Positions 1 through 9,717 of a DNA stretch of 64,000 bases are shown here, piece after piece. Made by a program: the position numbers and the translations under genes. The stretch is taken from IMG/VR virus record IMGVR_UViG_3300044825_001403, positions 62,001-126,000 of that record; one strand, 5' to 3'. The notes below the pieces were generated by a model that saw nothing but the letters and a program-made list of their open reading frames with translations, did no database searches and was not told the origin of the DNA. Source of the stretch: an uncultured virus (IMG/VR IMGVR_UViG_3300044825_001403) (lineage: Duplodnaviria; Heunggongvirae; Uroviricota; Caudoviricetes). The first letter of the stretch is position 1. Each line of letters opens with the position of its first letter.

Positions 1-1
1 T

Positions 2-181
2 GCTCTTTGTATTAATGGAGGATCTGTGTCAACACCTTTTGCAAATAATTCTCATTCTCCATCTGGAGGTTCTGTAGTAGGATTTAACAGTAGTGGATCA
101 ACACTAAATGGATATTTAAATCGTTTAACATATTGGCCTATAAGATTATCCAATCGGACATTACAAAGACTTACCGAATAA
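2..181 (+). CDS. 3' end of a virion spike/LamG-like protein (partial), paralog of 1021..2271
   Basis: Frame 2 is open from the window edge and ends ...LNGYLNRLTYWPIRLSNRTLQRLTE*, matching the C-terminus ISRLTYWPRRLPNNMLQNLTR of 1021..2271. Confidence 0.7.
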   Translation, partial: ALCINGGSVSTPFANNSHSPSGGSVVGFNSSGSTLNGYLNRLTYWPIRLSNRTLQRLTE

Positions 182-215
182 TCATAAATAATTAAAAATA
201 ATAGAGAGATCTATC

Positions 216-563
216 ATGCTTAAAGATTATTATTTAAAATTTGCTTCCAAAGAAGAAGCTCTTGAAGTGTTTTCTTCAATTTCAGAGCATACTATTACTA
301 ATCCACAAACTCAAGAAGTAACAGTTTCTCAAGGTAACGGAACTTTTGCAATTGATGAAGTTGGTGTTATTTACAATAATGATGCAGTTTTTTCAACTGA
401 TCAAGAAACTGGAGAAATTACTTTAGTAACTCCAGCAACTTCCGTAGAAGGTTATCATTATAATTATAGAATTGTATTTGGTAACAATGAAGAAATTCCT
501 CTACCAACTGAATTAGAACCATACATAGTAACTCCCCAAACACCTGTTAGAGTTTGGTTCTAA
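216..563 (+). CDS. hypothetical protein, probably tail-fibre/spike associated
   Basis: 115-aa ORF after a TAAATA late-promoter motif, located among structural paralogs. Confidence 0.6.
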   Translation: MLKDYYLKFASKEEALEVFSSISEHTITNPQTQEVTVSQGNGTFAIDEVGVIYNNDAVFSTDQETGEITLVTPATSVEGYHYNYRIVFGNNEEIPLPTELEPYIVTPQTPVRVWF

Positions 564-602
564 ATAATTAAAATTTTTCTGTACTACAGAGGTAACTAAT
601 AA

Positions 603-1010
603 ATGGCTAGTTTGATTGGATCAGCACCAAACCAAATTTCAACCAATGGAATGCTTGGTGAATTGGCATTTATGAATTCTTCTGGGATTACAGTAGAAAG
701 AATTCAATCTACTGTTGGTTTATCACAGACCTCACCAACATTCACTGGTGCTACAGTTACAACTAATGATTTTACTAACCTTGTTTTACAGCCCCAAGGA
801 GGAAACGTAGTCGTCAATGGTTCTGGTTCTGCACTAGCCACTACAACTACTTCTGGTTTTCTGTGTATAACTAGTTGTGCAGGAATTCCTTCTGGTGCTC
901 CTGCTTCTGGTGCAATTCCCACTGGAATGGTTCCAATGATTGTTGATTCAACAAATAACAGATTGTATTTAAGAATTGGTTCTACTTGGCGTTATGCTAC
1001 ATTAACGTGA
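603..1010 (+). CDS. small Gly/Ser/Thr-rich virion structural protein
   Basis: 135-aa ORF, GAGGT RBS, upstream TAAATA, fibre-like C-terminus (DSTNNRLYLRIGSTW). Confidence 0.55.
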   Translation: MASLIGSAPNQISTNGMLGELAFMNSSGITVERIQSTVGLSQTSPTFTGATVTTNDFTNLVLQPQGGNVVVNGSGSALATTTTSGFLCITSCAGIPSGAPASGAIPTGMVPMIVDSTNNRLYLRIGSTWRYATLT

Positions 1011-1020
1011 GGAATTTGGT

Positions 1021-2271
1021 ATGAGTATAGACAATTTATCTGGTTCTACTGCGTCTTTAGATTATCCAGAATTTAGACCAACGTTAGATTTAAATTTTGC
1101 TAGAACAAAAACATTAGATCCTAGAGTTACTTTTAGTAGAAGTTCTGGTGGTACTTTTGTTGGTCCTGATGGGTTGATTAAAATTGCTGGCGTAAATCAA
1201 CCAAGATTCGATCACAATCCTATTACTGGGGAATCTTTGGGATTGTTAATTGAAGAGAGTAGAATTAATTATGCAAGTCAATCTTTTGTTGCTATCAATT
1301 CAACATTAGTTTCTTCTAACGATACAACATATCAACCTGTGCAAGGAGGTAGTGTTTATAGATTTAGAATAGGGGCAAGTGGATTACAATTTTATATTCC
1401 TTTATTTAATGCCCCTGGTTATTCTAGTACTGGATTATCTGATGTTTTAACATTTTATTTAAGATCTGATTTACCCGTTACTATTACTTCAAACGTTGAT
1501 GGCGGGAATGCATTGAATTCAGGATTATATTTTAGTAACGGAACAACAACTAATTATAGTACATCTATTACTTCGCAGCCAGAACTACTAGGATTTACTA
1601 AGTATACTATAGTTTATACTGCATTACAGACGAATGGCAATAATATTTCTAGAGCACAAATTAATGTAAGTGGTACTCAAGGAACTGATTTCTATGTTTT
1701 TGGTGCTCAATGGGAAAGTAGATCTATATACCCAACTTCATATATTCCAACTACCACTGCGTCCGTAACAAGAGCAGTTGATGTTGTTAATATGACTGGA
1801 TCTAATTTTAGTAGTTGGTTTAATTATAATTCATCTACTTTATATTACGAAGGAATTGTAAAAAGTGATTTTTACAATGGAACTCATTCTTATATAGCAA
1901 CCATTGATAGTGGTACAAATGATGGGTCTTTTTATATGAGAGATAGAATTGTATTATCTGGCAATACAATAACTTTCCAATCTACATTACCTTCTAGTGG
2001 ATCTACTGTTGGAAATGTGTCTCTTTCATATGGTAAGCCTGTTGTAAATACTTTCAACAAATATGTACATGCATTAGACTCATCTGGCGGTGCTTCTGCT
2101 TCTCTTAATGGAAATCTTGGTACTTCATATTTTTCTAATTCAATTCATGTTCCTAATACATTGCAATTAGGAATGCATGGAACTGCATATAGAACAAGTT
2201 GTATTATTTCTAGACTTACCTATTGGCCTAGAAGATTACCAAATAATATGCTTCAAAATCTTACTAGATAA
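1021..2271 (+). CDS. virion spike/fibre protein with ConA/LamG-like fold
   Basis: 416 aa; LDLNF...TFSRSS..TFVGPDG...NQPRFDH...GLLIEESR N-terminal motif and PTSYIPT...TRA motif typical of phage spike/LamG-like proteins. Confidence 0.6.
   Translation: MSIDNLSGSTASLDYPEFRPTLDLNFARTKTLDPRVTFSRSSGGTFVGPDGLIKIAGVNQPRFDHNPITGESLGLLIEESRINYASQSFVAINSTLVSSNDTTYQPVQGGSVYRFRIGASGLQFYIPLFNAPGYSSTGLSDVLTFYLRSDLPVTITSNVDGGNALNSGLYFSNGTTTNYSTSITSQPELLGFTKYTIVYTALQTNGNNISRAQINVSGTQGTDFYVFGAQWESRSIYPTSYIPTTTASVTRAVDVVNMTGSNFSSWFNYNSSTLYYEGIVKSDFYNGTHSYIATIDSGTNDGSFYMRDRIVLSGNTITFQSTLPSSGSTVGNVSLSYGKPVVNTFNKYVHALDSSGGASASLNGNLGTSYFSNSIHVPNTLQLGMHGTAYRTSCIISRLTYWPRRLPNNMLQNLTR
1132..1214 (+). repeat. about 80-bp near-identical direct repeat, second copy at about 2389..2471
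   Basis: agtagaagttctggtggtacttttgttggtcctgatgg(g/c)ttgattaaaattgctgg occurs in both spike paralogs. Confidence 0.85.
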
Positions 2272-2274
2272 ATC

Positions 2275-4173
2275 ATGACCGTATACAGAGTACAACCAGC
2301 AAAATCTTCTGAGGCTTCTTACCCAAGATTAAGACCTACTTTTGATGAAAATTTTATTGAGACTAAAACATTAGATCCATCAATGACTTTCAGTAGAAGT
2401 TCTGGTGGTACTTTTGTTGGTCCTGATGGCTTGATTAAAATTGCTGGAGTTAATCAACCAAGGTTTGATCATGATTTAACTACAGGTACATGCAATGGTT
2501 TATTAGTAGAAGAAAGCAGAGGTAATAGCCTTCCATATTCTCAAGGATTTACTACAGGTTGGCATACAGCAAGAGCACAAGTAGTAACAGGTCAATTAGA
2601 CCCAATGGGAGGAACTAATGCAATATTAGTAAGACAAACCAATGGAACCTCTACTAGGCAGTATATTTCTAATTTATCATCTACAAGAATTACTGCAAAT
2701 TTTACAGTAAGTGTTTTTGTAAAATATGTTAATTATGATTTTGTTATTTTAACAGGTGCAGACGAAGATAGTGGATCTACTGGTGATCGTTTTGGATATT
2801 TGCTACCAAAATTAAGATTCCAATTTTCTACCGAAACAATTGCATTTCAAGAAAGTACTTGGCCTGGTACTTCTACATCAACTTTAGGATATGGATTTCA
2901 AAAATATCCTAATGGATGGTATAGACTATGGTTTACTAGAAATACTGCAGTAAGAAATAATTATTGGGGTATTGCTGTACAATCCAATCCTTTTGTTGAT
3001 ATAAATGATCTAAATTTAGTGACTGGGGATGGATCTTCTTCTGTACTTGCATTTGGTTTTCAGGTAGAAACTGGATTCAGACCAACAAGTTATATTATAA
3101 CAGGAGCTTCTGGTGTTACTAGAGCAGCAGATAGACCAATCATTAATAGAAGTATAAACACTTCAGGAACTCTATATGTTGAAGCAATTACACCAACAAC
3201 TTCTGGGGTTATTGTTGCTACAGACAATGGTACTCAAGGATTATCAATTACCTTAAATAATGCGAATGATTCTAGATATGCTTTGTATTATAATACAAAT
3301 AGATATTTACAAACAAGTTCTTCAAGTACATTAATTCCAACAGAAATTAGAGACATAACTATTCCGTCAAATATGAATAGAATTTCTTTGGGATATTCTG
3401 AATTGGCTTCTAGTGGTTATATAAATGGAACTATAAAGAGATTTACTTACTATGCAGCTCCTTTAACAGAACCTAATATCAAAGCTTTAGTTGGAAATAC
3501 TAATAATACATTTAGAGATCCTTTTGGTATTGTTACTCCAGGATTAGTTTTAAATCTTGATGCTGGTAATGTTATTTCTTATTCTGGAGCTGGGACAGCA
3601 TGGAGAGATTTGAGTGGTAATGGTCTTAATGGAACATTAATAAATGGTCCATCTTATAATAATTCAAATAATGGATCGGTAGTTTTTGATGGAACTAATG
3701 ATCTAGTATCAATTACTTATAATTCTGTATTTAATTTAGTTACATCAACAACTATTAATATTTGGTATTTTACTTCTGGTAGTAGTGGATATATTCTGAA
3801 TAGGGATAAAGGTGGTTGGGAAGGTTACAATATAGGACCAGGGAGTATATCTTATTCTGGTCAAGTTGGAGGAAATGATTTTGACTACAGTTGGGGCTAT
3901 TCAACTAATAGATGGAATATGCTTACATGGGTCGTAAATAGACAAAGTGGATTTTACTTAATTTATTTAAATGGCGTTCAACAAGGAACATCATTTGCTA
4001 TTACACATCCAGCATTAAATTCAACAAATCCACTTTATTTGGGATCTAGAGGAGGTGTTCCTGACAATTTCTTCAATGGCAGAATATCCAATGTTTTAGT
4101 ATACAATAGAGCATTATCTGCAACAGAAATTACACAAAATTTTAATGCTGTTAGATCTAGATATGGAGTTTGA
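2275..4173 (+). CDS. virion spike/fibre protein with additional C-terminal LamG domain
   Basis: 632 aa; same N-terminal module as 1021..2271, plus GLVLNLDAGN...SY.G.GT.W.DLSGNG.NGTL...FDGTND...YNRALSATEI.QNFNA LamG-like domain. Confidence 0.7.
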   Translation: MTVYRVQPAKSSEASYPRLRPTFDENFIETKTLDPSMTFSRSSGGTFVGPDGLIKIAGVNQPRFDHDLTTGTCNGLLVEESRGNSLPYSQGFTTGWHTARAQVVTGQLDPMGGTNAILVRQTNGTSTRQYISNLSSTRITANFTVSVFVKYVNYDFVILTGADEDSGSTGDRFGYLLPKLRFQFSTETIAFQESTWPGTSTSTLGYGFQKYPNGWYRLWFTRNTAVRNNYWGIAVQSNPFVDINDLNLVTGDGSSSVLAFGFQVETGFRPTSYIITGASGVTRAADRPIINRSINTSGTLYVEAITPTTSGVIVATDNGTQGLSITLNNANDSRYALYYNTNRYLQTSSSSTLIPTEIRDITIPSNMNRISLGYSELASSGYINGTIKRFTYYAAPLTEPNIKALVGNTNNTFRDPFGIVTPGLVLNLDAGNVISYSGAGTAWRDLSGNGLNGTLINGPSYNNSNNGSVVFDGTNDLVSITYNSVFNLVTSTTINIWYFTSGSSGYILNRDKGGWEGYNIGPGSISYSGQVGGNDFDYSWGYSTNRWNMLTWVVNRQSGFYLIYLNGVQQGTSFAITHPALNSTNPLYLGSRGGVPDNFFNGRISNVLVYNRALSATEITQNFNAVRSRYGV

Positions 4174-4213
4174 TAACTCAAATAAATAGTTGAAATGATT
4201 CTTTTGTTCTTTC

Positions 4214-5194
4214 ATGAGTGAAACTTTTGTCAAGTATGCACTGGAAAATAATGGTACAATTGCTCCTTTATTAATTCCATCACAAGATTTAAATGGTCCT
4301 GGATTAACAAATCCATCAGTCTTAGTTATAGAAGGCAGAATTTTTGTAAATCTCAGAAATATAAATTATACCCTATATCACTCAGAGAAAAAGAAGTATG
4401 AGCATGTTTGGGGTCCTTTAGTTTATATTCATCCAGAGAATGAATTAAAACTTAAAACAGTAAATATTTTCTGTGAATTAAATCCAGACCTTAGTATTAA
4501 AAGTTATTCAGCAATAGATACTAGTGCTTTAGATCAAGAACCCATTTGGGAATTTGTTGGTCTTGAAGATGGTAGATTAATTTATTGGGATAATAAATTG
4601 TACCTCTGTGGTGTAAGAAGAGACACCACAACGAATGGTCAAGGTAGAATGGAGTTATCTGAATTAGTTTTGGATGGCTCTAGAGTAGTGGAAATTGCAA
4701 GAACTCGTATTCCTTGTCCAGGAAACGATGATTCATATTGCGAAAAAAACTGGATGCCTATCTTAGATCAACCATATAGATTTGTCAAGTGGTCTAATCC
4801 ACTAGAATTAGTTGACGTTGATATGGGAGGTATTACTTGCCATACTGTTTTAAATGGTCCTCAAATTCCAGGGCATAAAGATTGGCGAGGAGGGTCTCAA
4901 GTTGTTAGATGGGGAGATTATTATATTTGTCTTGTTCACGAAACAAATCTTCTATGGAGCGAGGCAGGTAGAAAAGATGCAGTCTACCGTCATAGATTTA
5001 TTATTTGGGACGAGCATTGGAGATTTGTCAACTGTTCTAGAGAGTTTTCATTTATGAATGCAGACATTGAATTTGCAGTTGGTATGGATTTATATCAAGA
5101 TCATTTTTTAATTACATTTGGTTATCAAGATAACGCAGCATATATTCTTAAAGTTCCAGAAATTGTAGTGGAGAATTTTATCAATGAACAATAA
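4214..5194 (+). CDS. five-bladed beta-propeller glycoside hydrolase/phosphorylase-like protein (GH130/GH43-like clan)
   Basis: NPS, GLEDGRL, EKNWMP, RGGSQ and IEFAVG...ITFGYQD motifs characteristic of this fold. Confidence 0.6.
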   Translation: MSETFVKYALENNGTIAPLLIPSQDLNGPGLTNPSVLVIEGRIFVNLRNINYTLYHSEKKKYEHVWGPLVYIHPENELKLKTVNIFCELNPDLSIKSYSAIDTSALDQEPIWEFVGLEDGRLIYWDNKLYLCGVRRDTTTNGQGRMELSELVLDGSRVVEIARTRIPCPGNDDSYCEKNWMPILDQPYRFVKWSNPLELVDVDMGGITCHTVLNGPQIPGHKDWRGGSQVVRWGDYYICLVHETNLLWSEAGRKDAVYRHRFIIWDEHWRFVNCSREFSFMNADIEFAVGMDLYQDHFLITFGYQDNAAYILKVPEIVVENFINEQ

Positions 5195-7742
5195 ATTAGA
5201 AGGTCTTCCATCAATTTATTATATTAGTATCGAGGAATCTACGCAAAGGCGTGAACACATGTTCAAGCAATTTGCTGAATATGGCATTACTAATTTGAAT
5301 GGATTAGTGTATAAAAGATTTCACGAATATAATTTCCATCTTTACGGAAAATACGTTGATCAACTTCACCATAATAGTAAGGGACCTGTAACATCTCACC
5401 TTAATGCAGTAAGATGGTGGGTAGAGAATACAGATGAAGATTACTGTTTTATTATTGAAGATGATATTTCACTAGAGCCAGTCAAGTATTGGAATTTTAC
5501 TTGGAAAGAATTTTACGAAAGACTTCCCAAGAAATGGGATGTTATTCAAATGTCTTGGATTCGTCAAGATAATTTAGAGCCTTGTTTTAGAAAAAGAGTT
5601 GAAACCGATTGGGGTGCTTGTGCATATCTGATTAAAAGAGAATATGCAAAAAAATTAATTGAAACTTATATCAAACCAGATGGATATCACTTAGAAGTTC
5701 CTAATCGAACAATTCTTCCAATCATTGAAAACATTATGTTTACTGGTATGGGAACAGTTTATAACTTCCCATTATTTACAGAAGATGTTTATAATGTTGC
5801 ATCTACTTTTGATGGAACAGATCCAACTATTATATCTGGACAAGGAGATTGTCATGTTACTTCACATGAATACATTATGTACTGGTGGAAAACAAAAGGG
5901 ACTAAATTAACAATTGATGAGATAATGACTATGAAGCACATTTACCAAGAAGAGCAGTTTGGAGAAGATTGGTTTAGTTATCCAAATTTGTATAAAAATA
6001 TAGTTAATGAATTTTCTGACGGTAGTAAATTTGTTGAAGTTGGTTCTTGGAAAGGAAAGTCTTCTGCTTATATGGCAATTGAAATTGCTAACTCAAGAAA
6101 AGATATTGAATTTACTTGTGTTGATACTTGGGAAGGAAGCGTAGAGCATCAAGGTCAAAAAGATTTACATCAACTCTATGATGTTTTCATTGAAAACATG
6201 AAACCAGTTGAAGAATTTTATACTCCTAAAAAGATGACTTCTCAAGAAGCTGTACACCTTTTTGACGATGGTTCTCTAGACTTTGTTTTTATTGATGCTT
6301 CTCACGAATATGAAGATGTCAAAGAAGATATTAAAGCTTGGATTAAGAAAGTTAAACCTGGAGGAGTTTTAGCTGGGCATGATTATTATGTAAACACCCA
6401 CGATTATTTTCCTGGTGTTAAACAAGCTGTCAATGAATGTTTAGATAATTTTGAAACTTCCGAAAACTGTTGGATTTATCGTGTAGGTACTCCGTCAAAG
6501 AATAGCTTAAATGTATTTGCGATGGATACCGAAAACCCAGAAGCAAACTTTGAATTAGGATTATGGTATAAAAATCAGAATCATTTAGCACCAGCAATGA
6601 CGTATTTTCTCAGAGCTTCTGAAAGAACTGATGATAAAGATTTGGCATACGAGTCTCTTATTAACGGATTTTTCTGCTATGACAAACAAGGTCATCGAGA
6701 AATTTCAGCACAAAGTATGTTGCATCAAGCACTACTTGTAAATCCAAAAAGACCAGAAGCATATTACTTGCTTAGCAAATATTTTGAGCGTCATCAAGAT
6801 TGGATGAGATCTTATCTATTTGCTGATCTTGGTTTACAGCTTTCTGAATTTGATTGCAAACCTCTTAAATCCAACGTAGAGTATCCAGGAATTTATGCTT
6901 TAAAATTCCAAAAGGTTACTGCTGGTTGGTGGTGGGGGAAAGCAAATGAATGCAGAGAAATTTTGCAAGATCTTATGGATAATTATTGGGATGAAATGCC
7001 AGATGAATATAGAATTTCTGTCGAAAATAATTTTTCTAGATTAGGTCTCACTAAAGATTCTCAAGCTTACTTACGTTATAGTAGTTCGGATTACAGTAAA
7101 TTAAAATTTAAATTTACCGACTGCGAAGATATTGATTGTAATTTTTCTCAAGTATATCAAGATATGTTTGTTCTTGCTGCCTCAAATGGCAAACGTAACG
7201 GAACTTTCTTGGAAATTGGTGGTGCAGAGCCATTCCATAATAACAACACAGCACTGCTTGAAAAAAATTATAAGTGGACAGGTGTTTCTGTTGAGTTAAA
7301 TCAAGATTTTGTAAATCAATATAAAAATGCAAGACCAAAAGTAAATTTAATTCATGCGGATGCTACTAAATTAAACTACAAAAAAATATTGAAAGATAAT
7401 TTTGAGGGAGATACGATTGATTATTTACAATTAGATATTGAACCTGCAAAAAATACTTTTGAAGTTCTTTTAAATATTCCTTTTGATGATTATAAATTTA
7501 CAGTAATTACATATGAACATGATTATTATGTTGATGTAACTAAATCATATCGAGATAAATCTAGAAGATACTTAGAAATGATGGGGTACAAATTAATTGT
7601 GAATGATATTTCAACCGATGGAGTAAGTACATTTGAAGATTGGTGGGTTCATCCTGAACTTATTGATCCAGATATTATTAATAAATTAATTTGTTGTGAC
7701 GACAAAATTAAAAAAGTTACTAATTATTTCCTCAATAAATAA
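5184..7742 (+). CDS. multidomain protein: GT25-like glycosyltransferase + class I SAM methyltransferase + TPR + FkbM-like methyltransferase
   Basis: YYISIEESTQRR...SHL...IIEDDI...AYLI (GT25-like); VEVGSWKGKS...FIDASHEYEDV..D...VKPGGVLAGHDY (Methyltransf_24-like); NPKRPEAYYLL (TPR); FLEIGG...NNT..LE...W.GVSVE...IDYLQLDIE (FkbM-like). Confidence 0.7.
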   Translation: MNNKLEGLPSIYYISIEESTQRREHMFKQFAEYGITNLNGLVYKRFHEYNFHLYGKYVDQLHHNSKGPVTSHLNAVRWWVENTDEDYCFIIEDDISLEPVKYWNFTWKEFYERLPKKWDVIQMSWIRQDNLEPCFRKRVETDWGACAYLIKREYAKKLIETYIKPDGYHLEVPNRTILPIIENIMFTGMGTVYNFPLFTEDVYNVASTFDGTDPTIISGQGDCHVTSHEYIMYWWKTKGTKLTIDEIMTMKHIYQEEQFGEDWFSYPNLYKNIVNEFSDGSKFVEVGSWKGKSSAYMAIEIANSRKDIEFTCVDTWEGSVEHQGQKDLHQLYDVFIENMKPVEEFYTPKKMTSQEAVHLFDDGSLDFVFIDASHEYEDVKEDIKAWIKKVKPGGVLAGHDYYVNTHDYFPGVKQAVNECLDNFETSENCWIYRVGTPSKNSLNVFAMDTENPEANFELGLWYKNQNHLAPAMTYFLRASERTDDKDLAYESLINGFFCYDKQGHREISAQSMLHQALLVNPKRPEAYYLLSKYFERHQDWMRSYLFADLGLQLSEFDCKPLKSNVEYPGIYALKFQKVTAGWWWGKANECREILQDLMDNYWDEMPDEYRISVENNFSRLGLTKDSQAYLRYSSSDYSKLKFKFTDCEDIDCNFSQVYQDMFVLAASNGKRNGTFLEIGGAEPFHNNNTALLEKNYKWTGVSVELNQDFVNQYKNARPKVNLIHADATKLNYKKILKDNFEGDTIDYLQLDIEPAKNTFEVLLNIPFDDYKFTVITYEHDYYVDVTKSYRDKSRRYLEMMGYKLIVNDISTDGVSTFEDWWVHPELIDPDIINKLICCDDKIKKVTNYFLNK

Positions 7743-7769
7743 TACAGTAGTTATGTTTTGAAAAATACT

Positions 7770-7958
7770 ATGGATCCAAATGCCCTCAAAGAAAATTTTA
7801 ATAATCAACTGAAATCAGTAGAAGATCAAATTAAACAACTTGAAGCTGATCTAGAAAAAGCAAAAGAATATAAAGTTAAACTTCTCGGTGGTCTAGAAAC
7901 TCTAGAGCTACTCACTAAACAAGAAGAAGAGGAACCAGAAGAAGTTCCTGCTGAGTGA
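7770..7958 (+). CDS. small coiled-coil hypothetical protein
   Basis: ATG at 7770, heptad-rich 62 aa, upstream TAAATA. Confidence 0.6.
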   Translation: MDPNALKENFNNQLKSVEDQIKQLEADLEKAKEYKVKLLGGLETLELLTKQEEEEPEEVPAE

Positions 7959-7962
7959 TCAC

Positions 7963-7998
7963 AAATCCCTATCTGCTAAATACAGGTAGGGATTTTTT
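7963..7998 (+). terminator. intrinsic terminator whose loop contains a late promoter (TAAATA)
   Basis: aaatccctatctg-CTAAATA-caggtagggattt followed by T run. Confidence 0.75.
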
Positions 7999-8012
7999 GT
8001 ATCTAAAAATAA

Positions 8013-8843
8013 ATGGCAAAGCCATCTACCAGACAGCAACTAATTGACTATTGCAAAAGGCAGTTAGGTGCTCCTGTGCTGCAAATTAATATTGATGATA
8101 ATCAAATTGATGATATTATTGATACAGCAATTCAATATTATCAAGAATATCATTTCGATGGTATTGAAAGGATGTATCTTAAGCATGAATTTACAGCCGA
8201 GGATGTAGAAAGATTTCAAGAAACTAATGAACTTTCAAACACAACTAATCCAGATGGTGCTGACTGGGAAAATAGAAAGAATTTTATTGAAGTTCCAGAC
8301 CACGTAATTGGTATTCAAAAAGTATTTGGTGTTACTTCAAACCTTTCTGCGAACGAAATGTGGGGCTTAAGTAACCAGTATTTCTTGCTTGATATTTTTT
8401 CATTCTCGTCAGGTTATACTTTTGGCAACTTTGATATGTCATACTACTATATGATTAAACAGTATTTTGAAACCCTTGATATGGTTGTCAATACTGGTGG
8501 TCTTGTAGAGTATCGTTATAACAAACGTCAAGATAGACTCTATATTGATATTGATAGAAAGAGAGTTATTGAAGGAAGGTATCTTATTATTGATTGCTGG
8601 AGAGCACTAGACCCAGCAGAATGGAATCAGGTTTGGAACGATAGTTTTGTCAAGCGTTATGCCACTGCTTTAATGAAGCGTCAGTGGGGTCAGAACCTTA
8701 TCAAGTATAACAACGTTCAGTTGCCTGGTGGTATCACATTAAATGGTCGTCAGATCTGGGAGGATGGCGATGCTGAAGTTAAAGATCTGGAAGCAAGAAT
8801 GCTTACGGATTACTCCCTACCTCCAATGGATATGATCGGATAA
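8013..8843 (+). CDS. g13: neck protein gp13
   Basis: LIDYCKRQLGAPVLQINID...QWGQNLIKYNNVQLPGGITLNG; T4-like synteny. Confidence 0.93.
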   Translation: MAKPSTRQQLIDYCKRQLGAPVLQINIDDNQIDDIIDTAIQYYQEYHFDGIERMYLKHEFTAEDVERFQETNELSNTTNPDGADWENRKNFIEVPDHVIGIQKVFGVTSNLSANEMWGLSNQYFLLDIFSFSSGYTFGNFDMSYYYMIKQYFETLDMVVNTGGLVEYRYNKRQDRLYIDIDRKRVIEGRYLIIDCWRALDPAEWNQVWNDSFVKRYATALMKRQWGQNLIKYNNVQLPGGITLNGRQIWEDGDAEVKDLEARMLTDYSLPPMDMIG

Positions 8844-8844
8844 A

Positions 8845-9717
8845 ATGCCTACCAGTCCTTATTTTCCAAGCTATTACGATGGTTATCAAGGCGAACAAGA
8901 TCTAGTTCAGGATCTTGTTGACGAACAGATCAAGCTGTTTGGATCTGATATCTATTATCTACCAAGAACTATTCTTAAGGATAATACATTAGATGATCTA
9001 ATCTATTCAAAATTTGAAGATCAGTTTCAAGTTGAGATGCTTCTGCAAAATGTAGAAGGATTTGGTCAATCAGAATTTGTTAGTAAGTTTGGTCTCAAGA
9101 TAACTCAAGAAATTAAGTTTCATGTTTCTTCTAGAAGATGGAGAGAAGAAGGTGCTGCTTTTAATTTGGATGTTAGACCTTTAGAAGGAGATTTACTTTA
9201 TTTCCCGCTAACTAAAGACTTATACGAAATTAAATTTGTTCAGGTGGAAGAGGTATTCTTCCAGTTTGGTCAGCTACCATTCTATTCTATCACTGCTGAA
9301 ATCTACGAGGTTGGTAGTGATAAATTTGATACTGGTGTTGGTGATATTGACACGGTAGAACTAACCACTAGTGCTGCTATCAATATTGTATTTGAGGAAG
9401 ATAGCGGAGATACTGATTTTGAAATTGGCGAAACAATTACTAGCCTGTTGTCTGATGTAACTGCCACAGTATCTGCTTGGAATGCAGAAACAAGAACATT
9501 AACTGTGATTAATAGATCAGGAACATTTATTGAAAGTGAGTTTGTAACTGGTGCTGATAGTGGTGCTCAATGGACTATCGAATCATTCTCAACTATCGAA
9601 GATACAAATACTGAGTACGACGAAAATAAATATATTGAAAACGAGTCAGACGATATTCTTGATTTTTCTGAAAGAAATCCGTTTGGTGAATATGGTAATT
9701 TCATGGATAGCTTCTAA
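8845..9717 (+). CDS. g14: neck protein gp14
   Basis: EQDLVQDLVDEQIKLFG.DIYYLPR...RPLEGDLLYFP...DFSERNPFG. Confidence 0.93.
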   Translation: MPTSPYFPSYYDGYQGEQDLVQDLVDEQIKLFGSDIYYLPRTILKDNTLDDLIYSKFEDQFQVEMLLQNVEGFGQSEFVSKFGLKITQEIKFHVSSRRWREEGAAFNLDVRPLEGDLLYFPLTKDLYEIKFVQVEEVFFQFGQLPFYSITAEIYEVGSDKFDTGVGDIDTVELTTSAAINIVFEEDSGDTDFEIGETITSLLSDVTATVSAWNAETRTLTVINRSGTFIESEFVTGADSGAQWTIESFSTIEDTNTEYDENKYIENESDDILDFSERNPFGEYGNFMDSF

